From the IMG/VR virus record IMGVR_UViG_3300025141_000075, positions 931 to 64,930 of that record: a DNA stretch of 64,000 bases; one strand, written 5' to 3'. The notes under the pieces were generated by a model. The model was given only the letters and a program-made list of their open reading frames with translations. It ran no database searches and was not told the origin of the DNA. Below, piece by piece: positions 25,556 to 34,983 of this stretch. How positions within the stretch are numbered: the first letter of the stretch is position 1; every line of letters begins with the position of its first letter. Position numbers and translations under genes: made by a program. This DNA is from a virus (lineage: Duplodnaviria > Caudoviricetes).

Positions 25556-26109
25556 GAACATTCTGTATTATAACCGGCTTGAGCTATTATAATAGCATCT
25601 GCTCTATCGTAAGATTCTGGCTTGGGGTTTCCATACCTTGTATATTCAATTTTGAAGGCCGGCTCGGTTTCTAAAAGATGTTCTAATACCACTTGTTTGG
25701 CCTTCTGACCGCGGGGGACTTTGATTCCGGCAAGCTTCCTTGCGGACGTGGCACCGATAAATTTGGGCTTAATTTCAAAAAGTTCATATACAACCCAAGA
25801 TACAATTCCATTAAACTTTTGTAACGTAGCCATAGTTTTAGCGGAAGATCCACCAGAATTAAAAAACGTAAAAGGCTGTTCAATATAAATATGTTCAATG
25901 GGATATTTAGAATCTCCAAGACCCGCCACATCTTCATTGTTGCATTGGTACATCTCATATAAATCAAGTAGTTTTTCTTTAATTGTTATTGTTTTCTCAA
26001 ACACATCTTTGTATTTTCTTAGATCAATTGAATCATAAAAAACCAATTGTCCTTCAGCAACAATAGCAAAACCAGTAATACTGGTGCTTATATCAATTCC
26101 TAAAATCAT
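25552..26109 (-). CDS. RuvC-like Holliday junction resolvase
   Basis: ILGIDISTSITG, YIEQP and DRADA give the RNase H-fold acidic residues. Confidence 0.85.
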   Translation of the reverse strand: MILGIDISTSITGFAIVAEGQLVFYDSIDLRKYKDVFEKTITIKEKLLDLYEMYQCNNEDVAGLGDSKYPIEHIYIEQPFTFFNSGGSSAKTMATLQKFNGIVSWVVYELFEIKPKFIGATSARKLAGIKVPRGQKAKQVVLEHLLETEPAFKIEYTRYGNPKPESYDRADAIIIAQAGYNTECS

Positions 26110-26110
26110 T

Positions 26111-26452
26111 TTAAACCCTATATTTTCGCCAACTATATGGTTTTCTGTTGTCTAGATAGTATTCATTGAACATTTGAGCGTACGCTTCTTGTTCAAAACG
26201 AATCCTGTGGTATGCTACCTCTTTATCTCTGAACTTTATCATTCCCTTTAGATAATCCCAACCATATAACAAATAAAAGAATACCACAAAAAGTTCTTTT
26301 TGTTGAGCAATATGTATACTTTCATGATTTAAAACATCAGGTGACATGTCTTCGCGCGAAATAATAAATGGGTATAGTGTAATTGCACAAATATCAATTA
26401 CCCAAGAAATCGCTTTCAAAAATTTTGGAGCTATTATTACTATTGGTTTCAT
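26111..26452 (-). CDS. Small HExxH putative metallopeptidase
   Basis: LNHESIHIAQQ...FEQEAY. Confidence 0.7.
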   Translation of the reverse strand: MKPIVIIAPKFLKAISWVIDICAITLYPFIISREDMSPDVLNHESIHIAQQKELFVVFFYLLYGWDYLKGMIKFRDKEVAYHRIRFEQEAYAQMFNEYYLDNRKPYSWRKYRV

Positions 26453-27747
26453 TATATATCTATTTTCAATTTAAACGAATAATCATCATCTTCATTTTTC
26501 AGTACTGGGTTAGCTAAAGTTGCTACACCTATTAAGTTTTTATGTTCATCATATATTGCAATTCTTGAAATGTATACTTGTCTTTTAAAATCAGCATTAT
26601 GGCCCATATAACTTGATGATACCATATTAACTATCAATTTGTTTTCATTTTCTTGGTATACTGCCGAAGAAGAAATTGAAACCTTCTTTTGTCCATATTT
26701 TATATATGACGGATTATTAGAATAATTCACTTCGCCCTTTTTAGCATGCGCAAACATAGTAACAACCTGTGTATCTGTTTGTCCCCTAAAGGACAGATTA
26801 AAAGAAGCAGATACAAAATTGCCGCCGGCGGTCGATTGATTAACACCATCTAGTGCGCCGGCGCCGAAATAAATCCACCGTGGTCTGTCACTGGTTGTGT
26901 CACTTTTGATCGGGATGGAATCGCCCTCAAGTTGCCAAGACCCTGTTAACAATAAGAAACCTTCGTCGTAAAGGACAACACCAGCCACAGAACCTGAACC
27001 AGTGGAACCCGGGGGCCCGACCTGCACAAGTTCTCCATTTCGCTTTTCATCTCTAAGTTCACCAACAAGTGAGCCTGTAAAATACCATTTAAGAGAGACG
27101 GTGCCGGGTTGCAATTGGGTGCCATAAAATATTGATGGAATTGAGACTAAATTAATAATTTGATTATCTTTGTTCCAGTTCCAGTACCCTCCATCAGCGG
27201 CGCCCATGGTGCCGCCTTTTGATTCTACCAAATAGTGGCGGCTTCGGGTTGCTCCATAAAAATCCAGCCTGTTCTTCAAAGCAAAATAAAACGGATGAAT
27301 TGGTGTACCTTCACTTGTTCTAGTGCCGGTGTTGGTGTCAACAATTGTGTCTCTTTGACTGGGGTTAGCCATGTAATACCGATGTATAGAGGCAGACATC
27401 GGATAACTACTTGTTATCGTGTCACCATAAACAAATTCATTACTGTAACTGGCTGGGCTAGCTGTTCTGAAACTAGCGCCGGCGGAATCCTTTGTAATAA
27501 ACGGGTAAATTGACTTCGCGGTTGACGGCTTTCCGGGGGTACCGCGGTCAATCACGCGATCAATATTATACTCATATAAACTTATGTGGCCTTCTGGAAC
27601 ATTATAGACGTCGTGTGACAAGACACCAGACTGCTCTGGTATGCTATTGTAAAACACGCGACTATCAAATATTAAAAACTCAACGCGCGGGTGAGCGCGC
27701 ATTGTGTTGATTATAATATCTTTGTCCGAGAACTTCTTTAGGGACAT
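26452..27747 (-). CDS. Virion (baseplate/tail) protein
   Basis: C-terminal ISRIAIYDEHKNLIGVATLANPVLK...FKLKIDI, paralogous to 27758..28882. Confidence 0.7.
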   Translation of the reverse strand: MSLKKFSDKDIIINTMRAHPRVEFLIFDSRVFYNSIPEQSGVLSHDVYNVPEGHISLYEYNIDRVIDRGTPGKPSTAKSIYPFITKDSAGASFRTASPASYSNEFVYGDTITSSYPMSASIHRYYMANPSQRDTIVDTNTGTRTSEGTPIHPFYFALKNRLDFYGATRSRHYLVESKGGTMGAADGGYWNWNKDNQIINLVSIPSIFYGTQLQPGTVSLKWYFTGSLVGELRDEKRNGELVQVGPPGSTGSGSVAGVVLYDEGFLLLTGSWQLEGDSIPIKSDTTSDRPRWIYFGAGALDGVNQSTAGGNFVSASFNLSFRGQTDTQVVTMFAHAKKGEVNYSNNPSYIKYGQKKVSISSSAVYQENENKLIVNMVSSSYMGHNADFKRQVYISRIAIYDEHKNLIGVATLANPVLKNEDDDYSFKLKIDI

Positions 27748-27757
27748 AACGGCCCCC

Positions 27758-28882
27758 TTAGTAATCCAGCCTGACGCGGAGGGTTAATTCATTTGTTGGA
27801 TCTTTGCGCAGCGGCTCAGACAGTTTGGCAGTAGCTAACAGTTCGCCGGCGGCACTATACATGCCCACAGTGGTTACATATGAAATTGGAATATCACTAG
27901 AGATGTTTTTAACAACAATCGCGGCGCCCGAAACATATGTTGGGTTTGTGCTGTAATTGAATTTATTCCAAGGTACGCGACAGAAGAAAATATTTGAGTT
28001 AATTTCTGTTGTATTGTTGAAAGCAATGTTCGTGATTCTGTGGCGGAATGCGTTGCAGGCACCGGAGATCGAAGAACCCGAGAGGGTCGCGACGACGCCC
28101 TTAGTATTCGCGTCCAAATCCCCCTGATTCCATGAAAAATCGCCATTAAAATCAACGTTAAGTGTGTCCGCTTCGGCTTTTCCACCCAGATCATTCTTAA
28201 AAATCGAAGCAGTTAAAACCGCAATTCCTGCTTGATAGAAAATGTTGCCGACTTCAGCCCTACCAAGTTTTGTAGCCAAAACACCGTCTTGGGCATAGAG
28301 AATGCCATACTCGCCGCCGAGCGCAGCGACTGTACCTTGGTTATCAGAAGCACTAACATCAGCTATGGTGACAACGGCGCCGGCGGTGGTAGCGTCAGCC
28401 CATGAGCCCGTAGCCACTGTCATACTAAAGGTACCCTTTTTGATCTGGTCTTTTGTTAATAATCTAGAAAAGTTAACGAATACTACTTCAAGCATTTGAT
28501 TGGTGTTATCTGAGATATTTAAGTCAGACTCGAATCTTTCAACGAACTCGCCCGTATCTTTACTATAACCCAGCAGCACTTGGGCCATAGAATTATACAT
28601 ATTGATCTTTTTAGCGTTTTGAATACTTGCAGAACCACTCAGCGCAGAAGCTTCGTCGTAGCCCACTGTTAAATCAAAAATGTGGTTTGCAGAAGAACTC
28701 AAATAGGGATAATCATAGACGGACTGAAATTGTCCGTGGCTAAAATTCTTGATATTTTCTTCAATATAAGAGCCCGTACCGAACTTGTAAATAGCTCCGG
28801 TCATGGGGATTGCTTCGTGAAGCAATGTCTTTGTCGTGATGATGTCCGTACTTAAATTAAACGGCTGAAATTGGTTAGGCAT
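27758..28882 (-). CDS. Virion (baseplate/tail) protein
   Basis: FNYSTNPTY...YVTTVGMYSAAGELLATAKLSEPLRK...RVRLDY. Confidence 0.7.
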   Translation of the reverse strand: MPNQFQPFNLSTDIITTKTLLHEAIPMTGAIYKFGTGSYIEENIKNFSHGQFQSVYDYPYLSSSANHIFDLTVGYDEASALSGSASIQNAKKINMYNSMAQVLLGYSKDTGEFVERFESDLNISDNTNQMLEVVFVNFSRLLTKDQIKKGTFSMTVATGSWADATTAGAVVTIADVSASDNQGTVAALGGEYGILYAQDGVLATKLGRAEVGNIFYQAGIAVLTASIFKNDLGGKAEADTLNVDFNGDFSWNQGDLDANTKGVVATLSGSSISGACNAFRHRITNIAFNNTTEINSNIFFCRVPWNKFNYSTNPTYVSGAAIVVKNISSDIPISYVTTVGMYSAAGELLATAKLSEPLRKDPTNELTLRVRLDY

Positions 28883-28894
28883 TAGTAAACTCCA

Positions 28895-29926
28895 TTATAC
28901 TTTCCTTACTACTCTAATAGGTATGTGTGCTGTGACACCCGATGTTTTTCCAACTGCGTACACAGTGGTGTCAATATAATCATATGTGTTGCCATCACTA
29001 AACAAATCTTGGCTAGTTTTTCCATATAGGGCATATTTTGCAGCGCTATCTTTAAGATCTGGGTGTACAGTGAAAGAGAGACAGGTAATAACACCACTAG
29101 GGCCATTAATAGCTGAATAGTCATCTGCTGCTGTAGAACCATCTGCACGGGCAGAAATTTGGGTGGTGATAGTGGGTACAATGGCTGTGCCATAGTTAGA
29201 GATCCCTATCCTATTGGTACCCGCACGAACTCGGCTTCCGAACGCTATCTTAATCTGTGAATCACCTTTGGCTGGATATAGCCATTGAGAATTAGCTGGG
29301 GAAGGATGTGCCACGCCGTTCAAAAATCTCGTATCCATTGATATATCCATATTATTATCTATTAGATGTTGATCTGAAAGGTATGCTTGTTTATTGGTGC
29401 GCCCCACTGTTCTCGGCGGATCAGCATTAAGGGAATCAATGCCGGTCTCTATATAGATAGCAGTATCGCCACTTCCCGGGGCTTGGTAATAACCAACACC
29501 ATTGCCTGCTCCGTGAGCGGTGTCTAATGCGGATTTGAGGGCATCACCAGTCTGGGCATTAACCGAGACGTAATAGATGCCACTGCTAGTTCTTTGAACC
29601 GCGGGCCCTTTGATACCGACGGTTTTATCCCACACTTTTAGTGTTGGCATATAAAGCAGGTTCAAATTACCATTGAAGCTGACCAAACCATAGTTGATAT
29701 TTGCATTTGAAGAGGCGAAAGCCTCTAATACCGGTGTTTGTAAAATTTCTAAATCATAATATGCCGAACCGGACGGATGATTTTTGTTATAAATTCTATA
29801 ATCAATTTCGTCGTCACCTAAAGCAAATTGAGTAATTCTAAAATTACCTTCTGCCATTCTTTTGCGACCTAAATCTGTTAAAACTGCATCGAGAACAATG
29901 TCTCCGCTGTTATCTAAAAAAGCCAT
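28895..29926 (-). CDS. Virion protein with tail-collar-like N-terminus
   Basis: DAVLTDLGRKRMA...ITQFALGDDEIDY resembles the N-terminal domain of contractile-tail fibre/collar proteins. Confidence 0.7.
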   Translation of the reverse strand: MAFLDNSGDIVLDAVLTDLGRKRMAEGNFRITQFALGDDEIDYRIYNKNHPSGSAYYDLEILQTPVLEAFASSNANINYGLVSFNGNLNLLYMPTLKVWDKTVGIKGPAVQRTSSGIYYVSVNAQTGDALKSALDTAHGAGNGVGYYQAPGSGDTAIYIETGIDSLNADPPRTVGRTNKQAYLSDQHLIDNNMDISMDTRFLNGVAHPSPANSQWLYPAKGDSQIKIAFGSRVRAGTNRIGISNYGTAIVPTITTQISARADGSTAADDYSAINGPSGVITCLSFTVHPDLKDSAAKYALYGKTSQDLFSDGNTYDYIDTTVYAVGKTSGVTAHIPIRVVRKV

Positions 29927-29945
29927 TTATTTTCCTCTCTCCTGA

Positions 29946-29953
29946 TAAATAGT
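29946..29953 (-). promoter_or_regulatory. ACTATTTA putative late promoter
   Basis: Intergenic, 19 nt upstream of the ATG at 29926. Confidence 0.6.
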
Positions 29954-29965
29954 AGTCAAAATTGT

Positions 29966-32818
29966 TTATCCCCTTGACAATTTATAAGTAATGTTCAAAT
30001 CAATTTTTTTGCCCGTCTTCTTTGAAGTTAAACGAATCTTAAAGGTTTTATCCCAAATGGGGTCTTCCGCAAGTCCGACTTTGATTTTTTCTTTTTGACT
30101 ATATGATGGTCTGGAATAATCAACGCCATCGGTATTTAATAGCAGTTGCTGAATATTTGGTACAAGGTTAACTAGTTTTTTAAATTCTTTTGTTGTATTA
30201 ATCGCAACGTCGGGCACCAAATCGTGCGGATAAATGGTATCAAAAATGGGATACATATAACCGCCATCACTCACAAGCTCGGCCTGATATACAGGACTGA
30301 AGTAACCCGGCTCTTCGCGTTCATTCAGAAATCTCATAGTATAATAATATTTTTTATTTGGCTGTATCTTGTCATAAAATAGTGCTTCCGAGGCAACTGA
30401 TATATCTTTCAAAACTATTTTTGGTCCGCCGGGGCCGCCTCTGATAGCCGGCTGACGGGGCGCCATCGCTAGGACACTCTCATGGTCGCCCTCGGGCGCC
30501 CAGTGGTGGAAATCCGGTAGATATTCGGCCATGGCTTTATAATTCGCTAGATCAAGCAAAGATACTCGCTTACCTTCAAATTCTTTATAACTCGTTGGTT
30601 TATGATCAAGTCTATAAATTTCAAGGTATCGCGCGATGGAGGCAGACTCTCGTTCTAATTCGGTAGTTTCAGTAAAACTATTAGAGGCTAAATAATCTCC
30701 TTTGTTTTTTTCTTCTTCTTCTGTCAAGACCGCCGGATATGGGAGTTTTTCAAATGCCCGGTGTTCAATCTCAAAACCAATTCTGCTAGAATCATCATCA
30801 ACCGGGAAAGGAAGGGCATATGCGGGACTAGTTGGGTGATCAAGAACCCTAACTGTCTTTGTAGCTACCGGGATTTCAAGCAATTTCAGCGACGGCTGGA
30901 TTGCAATATTTAAATCGGCCAAATATTTGTAATGTTCGCTAGCAACTTGTGCATCTGTTGCGAATTCATTTTCTAAAGCACGTGCAGCAAGGGAGGGCCT
31001 TTTCGCCGGTGGGGCGCCCGGTCTCATAATATCAATTAACTTATCTTTTCTTTCTTCAGTAAACGGATCATAAAATTCAAGACAGTATAGGGGGTTCATA
31101 GTTTCAACAGTCAAATCAGATATAACCTTTGTAATTCTCAAATCGCTAGCTTGATATCTAGATCCGTTCACAAGCACGTAAGCGTAGATTTTATAAGTAT
31201 ATTCTTCACCATATTTCACCTGAGTGTCAAGAATTTCTGCCCTATGGATGTCGTGAGCATTCATGAGATAAAAGTTTTGCAGAACGTTTTGAGATTGACC
31301 ATCGCCGGTTGCTGGGCCGCCAATCTTTTCAACCCGGTACGCCATGGTCTCAGCGAAGCTTGATTCTCGTACGGATTCAAAATAGGGGCTTTTGATCTTC
31401 TCTAAATATATGTCATCGTCAACATAATCAAGATATTCCGTCAAAGCATAGGTCATCGCGATTGTATTCAAGTGTCTAAAAAAGCCATCTTTATCATATA
31501 GGGCTCTCTTTGTGGGTTCGTTCATATTACCAACACAATAGAAGTCATCTGAAGTATTCAAATAATTTTCTCTCATATGAAATAACAATTTACCCATATC
31601 TACTAACTTTATATCAGCATTGTAAAACTCGTTGCTTTCTTTGTTGGGATTTAGATTTTGTGTCTCTTGTACCGAGAAGGACGTAGTAGTGGTTTGCAGG
31701 GCTGCTGATTTATCGACAAATAAATCCTTAAGTGTCAACAAAAATTTAGCGGAGGCATCATTGTTTATCACACTATCGGTTATGGGGCCGGAGCCTTGAG
31801 GCGGCAACTTAACTTTAGTGTACATCGGCAGAGCTTTCTTATTGTCCAATATTTCTAGAAACTCTTTTTGTAATGAGTTATGATCAAATATTATATTTTT
31901 TAATTTTTGAGTGACATACGCCTCTGTTTTATCATTTAAAGGTGCAACGTCTAGAGTGTTATAATAATGCTTAAGTACTTGTGATTCACCCATGTATGAA
32001 AATTCTGTTGGTTTCGCAGCCATCATATTGTGATAATCTTTGACAGTTTTAAGGAATTGTAAAGTGGTACTTGTGGGCCACACACTTTCACGATTTATAT
32101 AATTGAGTATATCAGGTTGACACTGTGAATAGCTATAATCCTCTAGAGACACTGCGGGACGTGCTTCATCACCCAAATAAACATCGTCAATTGAGCTAAC
32201 AGTTTGTAAAATATATGCATTTGGTATAAGAAGCTCGTTATCCAGTGTTGACAAATACTCTTCATATTCTTTATAATAATAGTTGTATTCATATCCTATT
32301 TCAATATTTGAAAAAGAGTCTTTATTTTCTATATTAGATTCTCTTAGTTGCAAGGCTTCATATGGCAATGAATAATCAAACCAATGATCATAGTATTCCT
32401 CACCCGAGTATAAGGCGCCGTACACTTGATTATTAAAATTTCCGCCGGCCCAGATTGCTTGCCAGTGTTTATCGTTTTTTATTAACTTATTGTTCCCGTA
32501 TATTCTAATAGGATACTTTATAATTGGCTGCACGACTTTTGAAGCATAATGTTGGCTTCTTATAATATTTTGTTCATGATCAAACCTCAATACATAAGTT
32601 ATATATGGATTTGGATACATTTCTACGGGAACGATTTTGGTGTCGTGCCCGGGCGATATGGGTTCCGCGCGATAAACCGATTCTAGCGTATACTCCGATC
32701 CTCTCTCGGAAGAGCTAACTACTTGCCAGCTTCCCCCAAGCGCTGTACGCAAAGAATCAGACGATCCAGAAATTAAGTTCTTATCAAAAATTCTAAGTTT
32801 TCTGGTATATAAACTCAT
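29966..32818 (-). CDS. Large hypothetical (likely virion) protein
   Basis: Start reassigned to ATG 32818 (TAATG coupling); about 950 aa; FnIII-like DTQVKYGEEYTYKI and DKIQPNKKYYY segments. Confidence 0.7.
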   Translation of the reverse strand: MSLYTRKLRIFDKNLISGSSDSLRTALGGSWQVVSSSERGSEYTLESVYRAEPISPGHDTKIVPVEMYPNPYITYVLRFDHEQNIIRSQHYASKVVQPIIKYPIRIYGNNKLIKNDKHWQAIWAGGNFNNQVYGALYSGEEYYDHWFDYSLPYEALQLRESNIENKDSFSNIEIGYEYNYYYKEYEEYLSTLDNELLIPNAYILQTVSSIDDVYLGDEARPAVSLEDYSYSQCQPDILNYINRESVWPTSTTLQFLKTVKDYHNMMAAKPTEFSYMGESQVLKHYYNTLDVAPLNDKTEAYVTQKLKNIIFDHNSLQKEFLEILDNKKALPMYTKVKLPPQGSGPITDSVINNDASAKFLLTLKDLFVDKSAALQTTTTSFSVQETQNLNPNKESNEFYNADIKLVDMGKLLFHMRENYLNTSDDFYCVGNMNEPTKRALYDKDGFFRHLNTIAMTYALTEYLDYVDDDIYLEKIKSPYFESVRESSFAETMAYRVEKIGGPATGDGQSQNVLQNFYLMNAHDIHRAEILDTQVKYGEEYTYKIYAYVLVNGSRYQASDLRITKVISDLTVETMNPLYCLEFYDPFTEERKDKLIDIMRPGAPPAKRPSLAARALENEFATDAQVASEHYKYLADLNIAIQPSLKLLEIPVATKTVRVLDHPTSPAYALPFPVDDDSSRIGFEIEHRAFEKLPYPAVLTEEEEKNKGDYLASNSFTETTELERESASIARYLEIYRLDHKPTSYKEFEGKRVSLLDLANYKAMAEYLPDFHHWAPEGDHESVLAMAPRQPAIRGGPGGPKIVLKDISVASEALFYDKIQPNKKYYYTMRFLNEREEPGYFSPVYQAELVSDGGYMYPIFDTIYPHDLVPDVAINTTKEFKKLVNLVPNIQQLLLNTDGVDYSRPSYSQKEKIKVGLAEDPIWDKTFKIRLTSKKTGKKIDLNITYKLSRG

Positions 32819-34266
32819 TAGTACATGCCCCCATCGCCGGTGGGCAAGCCACCACCGCCGTCGCCGGGCCTCCAATCTGCCTTAGAGCCGGCGTCTCGTG
32901 CTTCTTCCATTTCGGCTGCGTCAAAGCCGGCGGTGTCGGAGGAGGTTGGGACCAGCGTCGGGTTCATCATATAGTAATAACTAAGATCAAAAAATCCTCC
33001 TGTTGGAGTTTCGGGCGCCCTATAAGCTTCACCACTATATGTGTCAACATAATGAGATGGGTAATATCCTGCTGTAGAGAATTCAGCATCGTCTGTACTG
33101 GCTATCGCCGCTTGAATATTGGTACCTGACGATAACGCCAAATTAGCGGGCGTGATTTGTTCCGGAGTCAATTGTTGTGTATCTACTTTCTTAAACGTGT
33201 ACGCCACCTCAATAAAGGTCGTTGCCAAAAAATTTGCCATCCCCATATACAAGTTGTTTAATGTTGTATTCAGATCATTTGGTTGGCCGAACCGAGCCTT
33301 AAGTGCTTCTTCTTCTAATATATTGTAGGTAACTTTAAATTCATTTTCGCGAGGTACTTGTCGTTCCTTATAAAGTGATTTGAGGCGGTCTTCTTTAAAA
33401 AATTGAAGACTCGTAGCCTCTGAGGTTGCCGGGGTACCGGGCACGTTTTCCATCCGATCAATGATTGTAGAAGGATAAGGTACTTTAAAAGACAATACCG
33501 CGGAAGAATTTTCGACAGCGCGGATCCAGTCTGGAAAGGGCAATACGCTGTTTTGGGGTTCGCCGGCTGTAGACTCCACATATTCACCAGTATATGGATC
33601 GAGGTGGTAACCGGCCGTCGCAAATCCGCCGCCGGGTCGACCATCGCCGCGCGCGATGCTATCGGCCCAGTCATCTATTAGAGTAGCTCGCTTCCCGGAA
33701 GTTGCTTTGGCTTTTTGGAAAGGCATACAGTATCTTACACCATCTGTGGCCTCAATTATAACATTTTTTGGTCGTGTGGCTGCCTCAACGACGGTGAAGT
33801 CAGCACGTTCAAGTTCATCCGTTGTATAGCCGGCTGAGGCAGCGTATGAACCATGGTCGCATTTCCAAAAGTCGCCGGAGGGGTCTTCACCATTGGTATT
33901 AACGGTAACCATAATTGGGGGGTCACCAATAGGATAATAAGTTTTGGCATATACGCTTTCACCTTGCTGGACGGAATTATATACAGAATTCCTCGTCCAT
34001 CCGATCGCAATTTCAGAATTAGTTCTTTCGCTAAAGTCCCCCAACCGTTTGGTTGTTGATCTAGCAGTTAACGGCTCAAACGTTTCTTGATCATAGCCTA
34101 TAATTGAATATGAGCCACCACCAAAAATATTTTGAGATTCCGGGGAGGAATCGGGTGATGCAAAATTGGCAACCTTGGGCTTGTTGTCAGCTTCTAGATC
34201 CCTCACGAGATCCTCATCCGCTAATTCCTTGTATGCGCCGGCCATTTCGCCAAATGGTGCTCCCAT
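32818..34266 (-). CDS. Hypothetical protein
   Basis: 482 aa; GGAGG RBS. Confidence 0.7.
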   Translation of the reverse strand: MGAPFGEMAGAYKELADEDLVRDLEADNKPKVANFASPDSSPESQNIFGGGSYSIIGYDQETFEPLTARSTTKRLGDFSERTNSEIAIGWTRNSVYNSVQQGESVYAKTYYPIGDPPIMVTVNTNGEDPSGDFWKCDHGSYAASAGYTTDELERADFTVVEAATRPKNVIIEATDGVRYCMPFQKAKATSGKRATLIDDWADSIARGDGRPGGGFATAGYHLDPYTGEYVESTAGEPQNSVLPFPDWIRAVENSSAVLSFKVPYPSTIIDRMENVPGTPATSEATSLQFFKEDRLKSLYKERQVPRENEFKVTYNILEEEALKARFGQPNDLNTTLNNLYMGMANFLATTFIEVAYTFKKVDTQQLTPEQITPANLALSSGTNIQAAIASTDDAEFSTAGYYPSHYVDTYSGEAYRAPETPTGGFFDLSYYYMMNPTLVPTSSDTAGFDAAEMEEARDAGSKADWRPGDGGGGLPTGDGGMY

Positions 34267-34269
34267 TAT

Positions 34270-34935
34270 TTAACCTCCTTGTTTTCCATATGCTATTTTA
34301 AAATGTGGTATCATAAGTCTTGGACTTGTTTTTGAAATACGTTTCTGTTGTTTTGTAATCTGCTCTACCAATCGCACAACATTGGGAGTGTTGATTTTCT
34401 GTATCCTAAGTTTGTGCCGTTTTTCAAGATCTGTCGGATTGTCATCTGGTTTAAAAATATTAGAGGTCTCAGCGGCATCAAGCTCTGATGGGATTTTGTA
34501 TAATTCACCTATTTTAACCATAAGTGGGGGCCCTTGTTTCTTATCAAAACTAACTTTATCAAACAAATTTGCATTTGGTATATTTGTAGTATCTGTCTCT
34601 AACTGTAATAGTGAAAAATCAACGGCAAATTGCGCAACGGAGCTGTCAGGAGACCGAGGACTGGGTGCCTTTGGCGCCGTCATAACAAATCCAATCCCCA
34701 TTGATGAGAGGATCCCTAGGGCATCGTCGTTAGCTGTACTGTTGTCAGGCGGTTCGGCCAGAAGTCCCTTGTTGGCGAAATTCATTCTAGCTTGTTTTAA
34801 ATTTTGAATATTTTGGCCCGGGCCCGTTCTTTTATTGCAGCCCGGGCATTTTATTTGAGTTCTGCGTGCACCAGTCGTACTACCAGCTACCTCTTGCGCT
34901 TTGGCTAGATCTTTGGGGCGTACCTGTCTTGGCAT
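34270..34935 (-). CDS. Hypothetical protein
   Basis: 221 aa; AGGAG RBS; preceded by ACTAATTA (34953-34960). Confidence 0.7.
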   Translation of the reverse strand: MPRQVRPKDLAKAQEVAGSTTGARRTQIKCPGCNKRTGPGQNIQNLKQARMNFANKGLLAEPPDNSTANDDALGILSSMGIGFVMTAPKAPSPRSPDSSVAQFAVDFSLLQLETDTTNIPNANLFDKVSFDKKQGPPLMVKIGELYKIPSELDAAETSNIFKPDDNPTDLEKRHKLRIQKINTPNVVRLVEQITKQQKRISKTSPRLMIPHFKIAYGKQGG

Positions 34936-34983
34936 GATTTTGTCTCCTTTTTTAATTAGTATTAATGTTATATTTTTGCTTGT

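Noticed and set aside
8727-32875. Longest-ORF starts at 8831, 10165, 14580, 16436, 18271 and 32875
   Set aside because: They overlap upstream genes more deeply. Downstream starts (8726, 10132, 14508, 16424, 18187, 32818) have an RBS, stop-start coupling or less overlap, and several expose the shared leaders.
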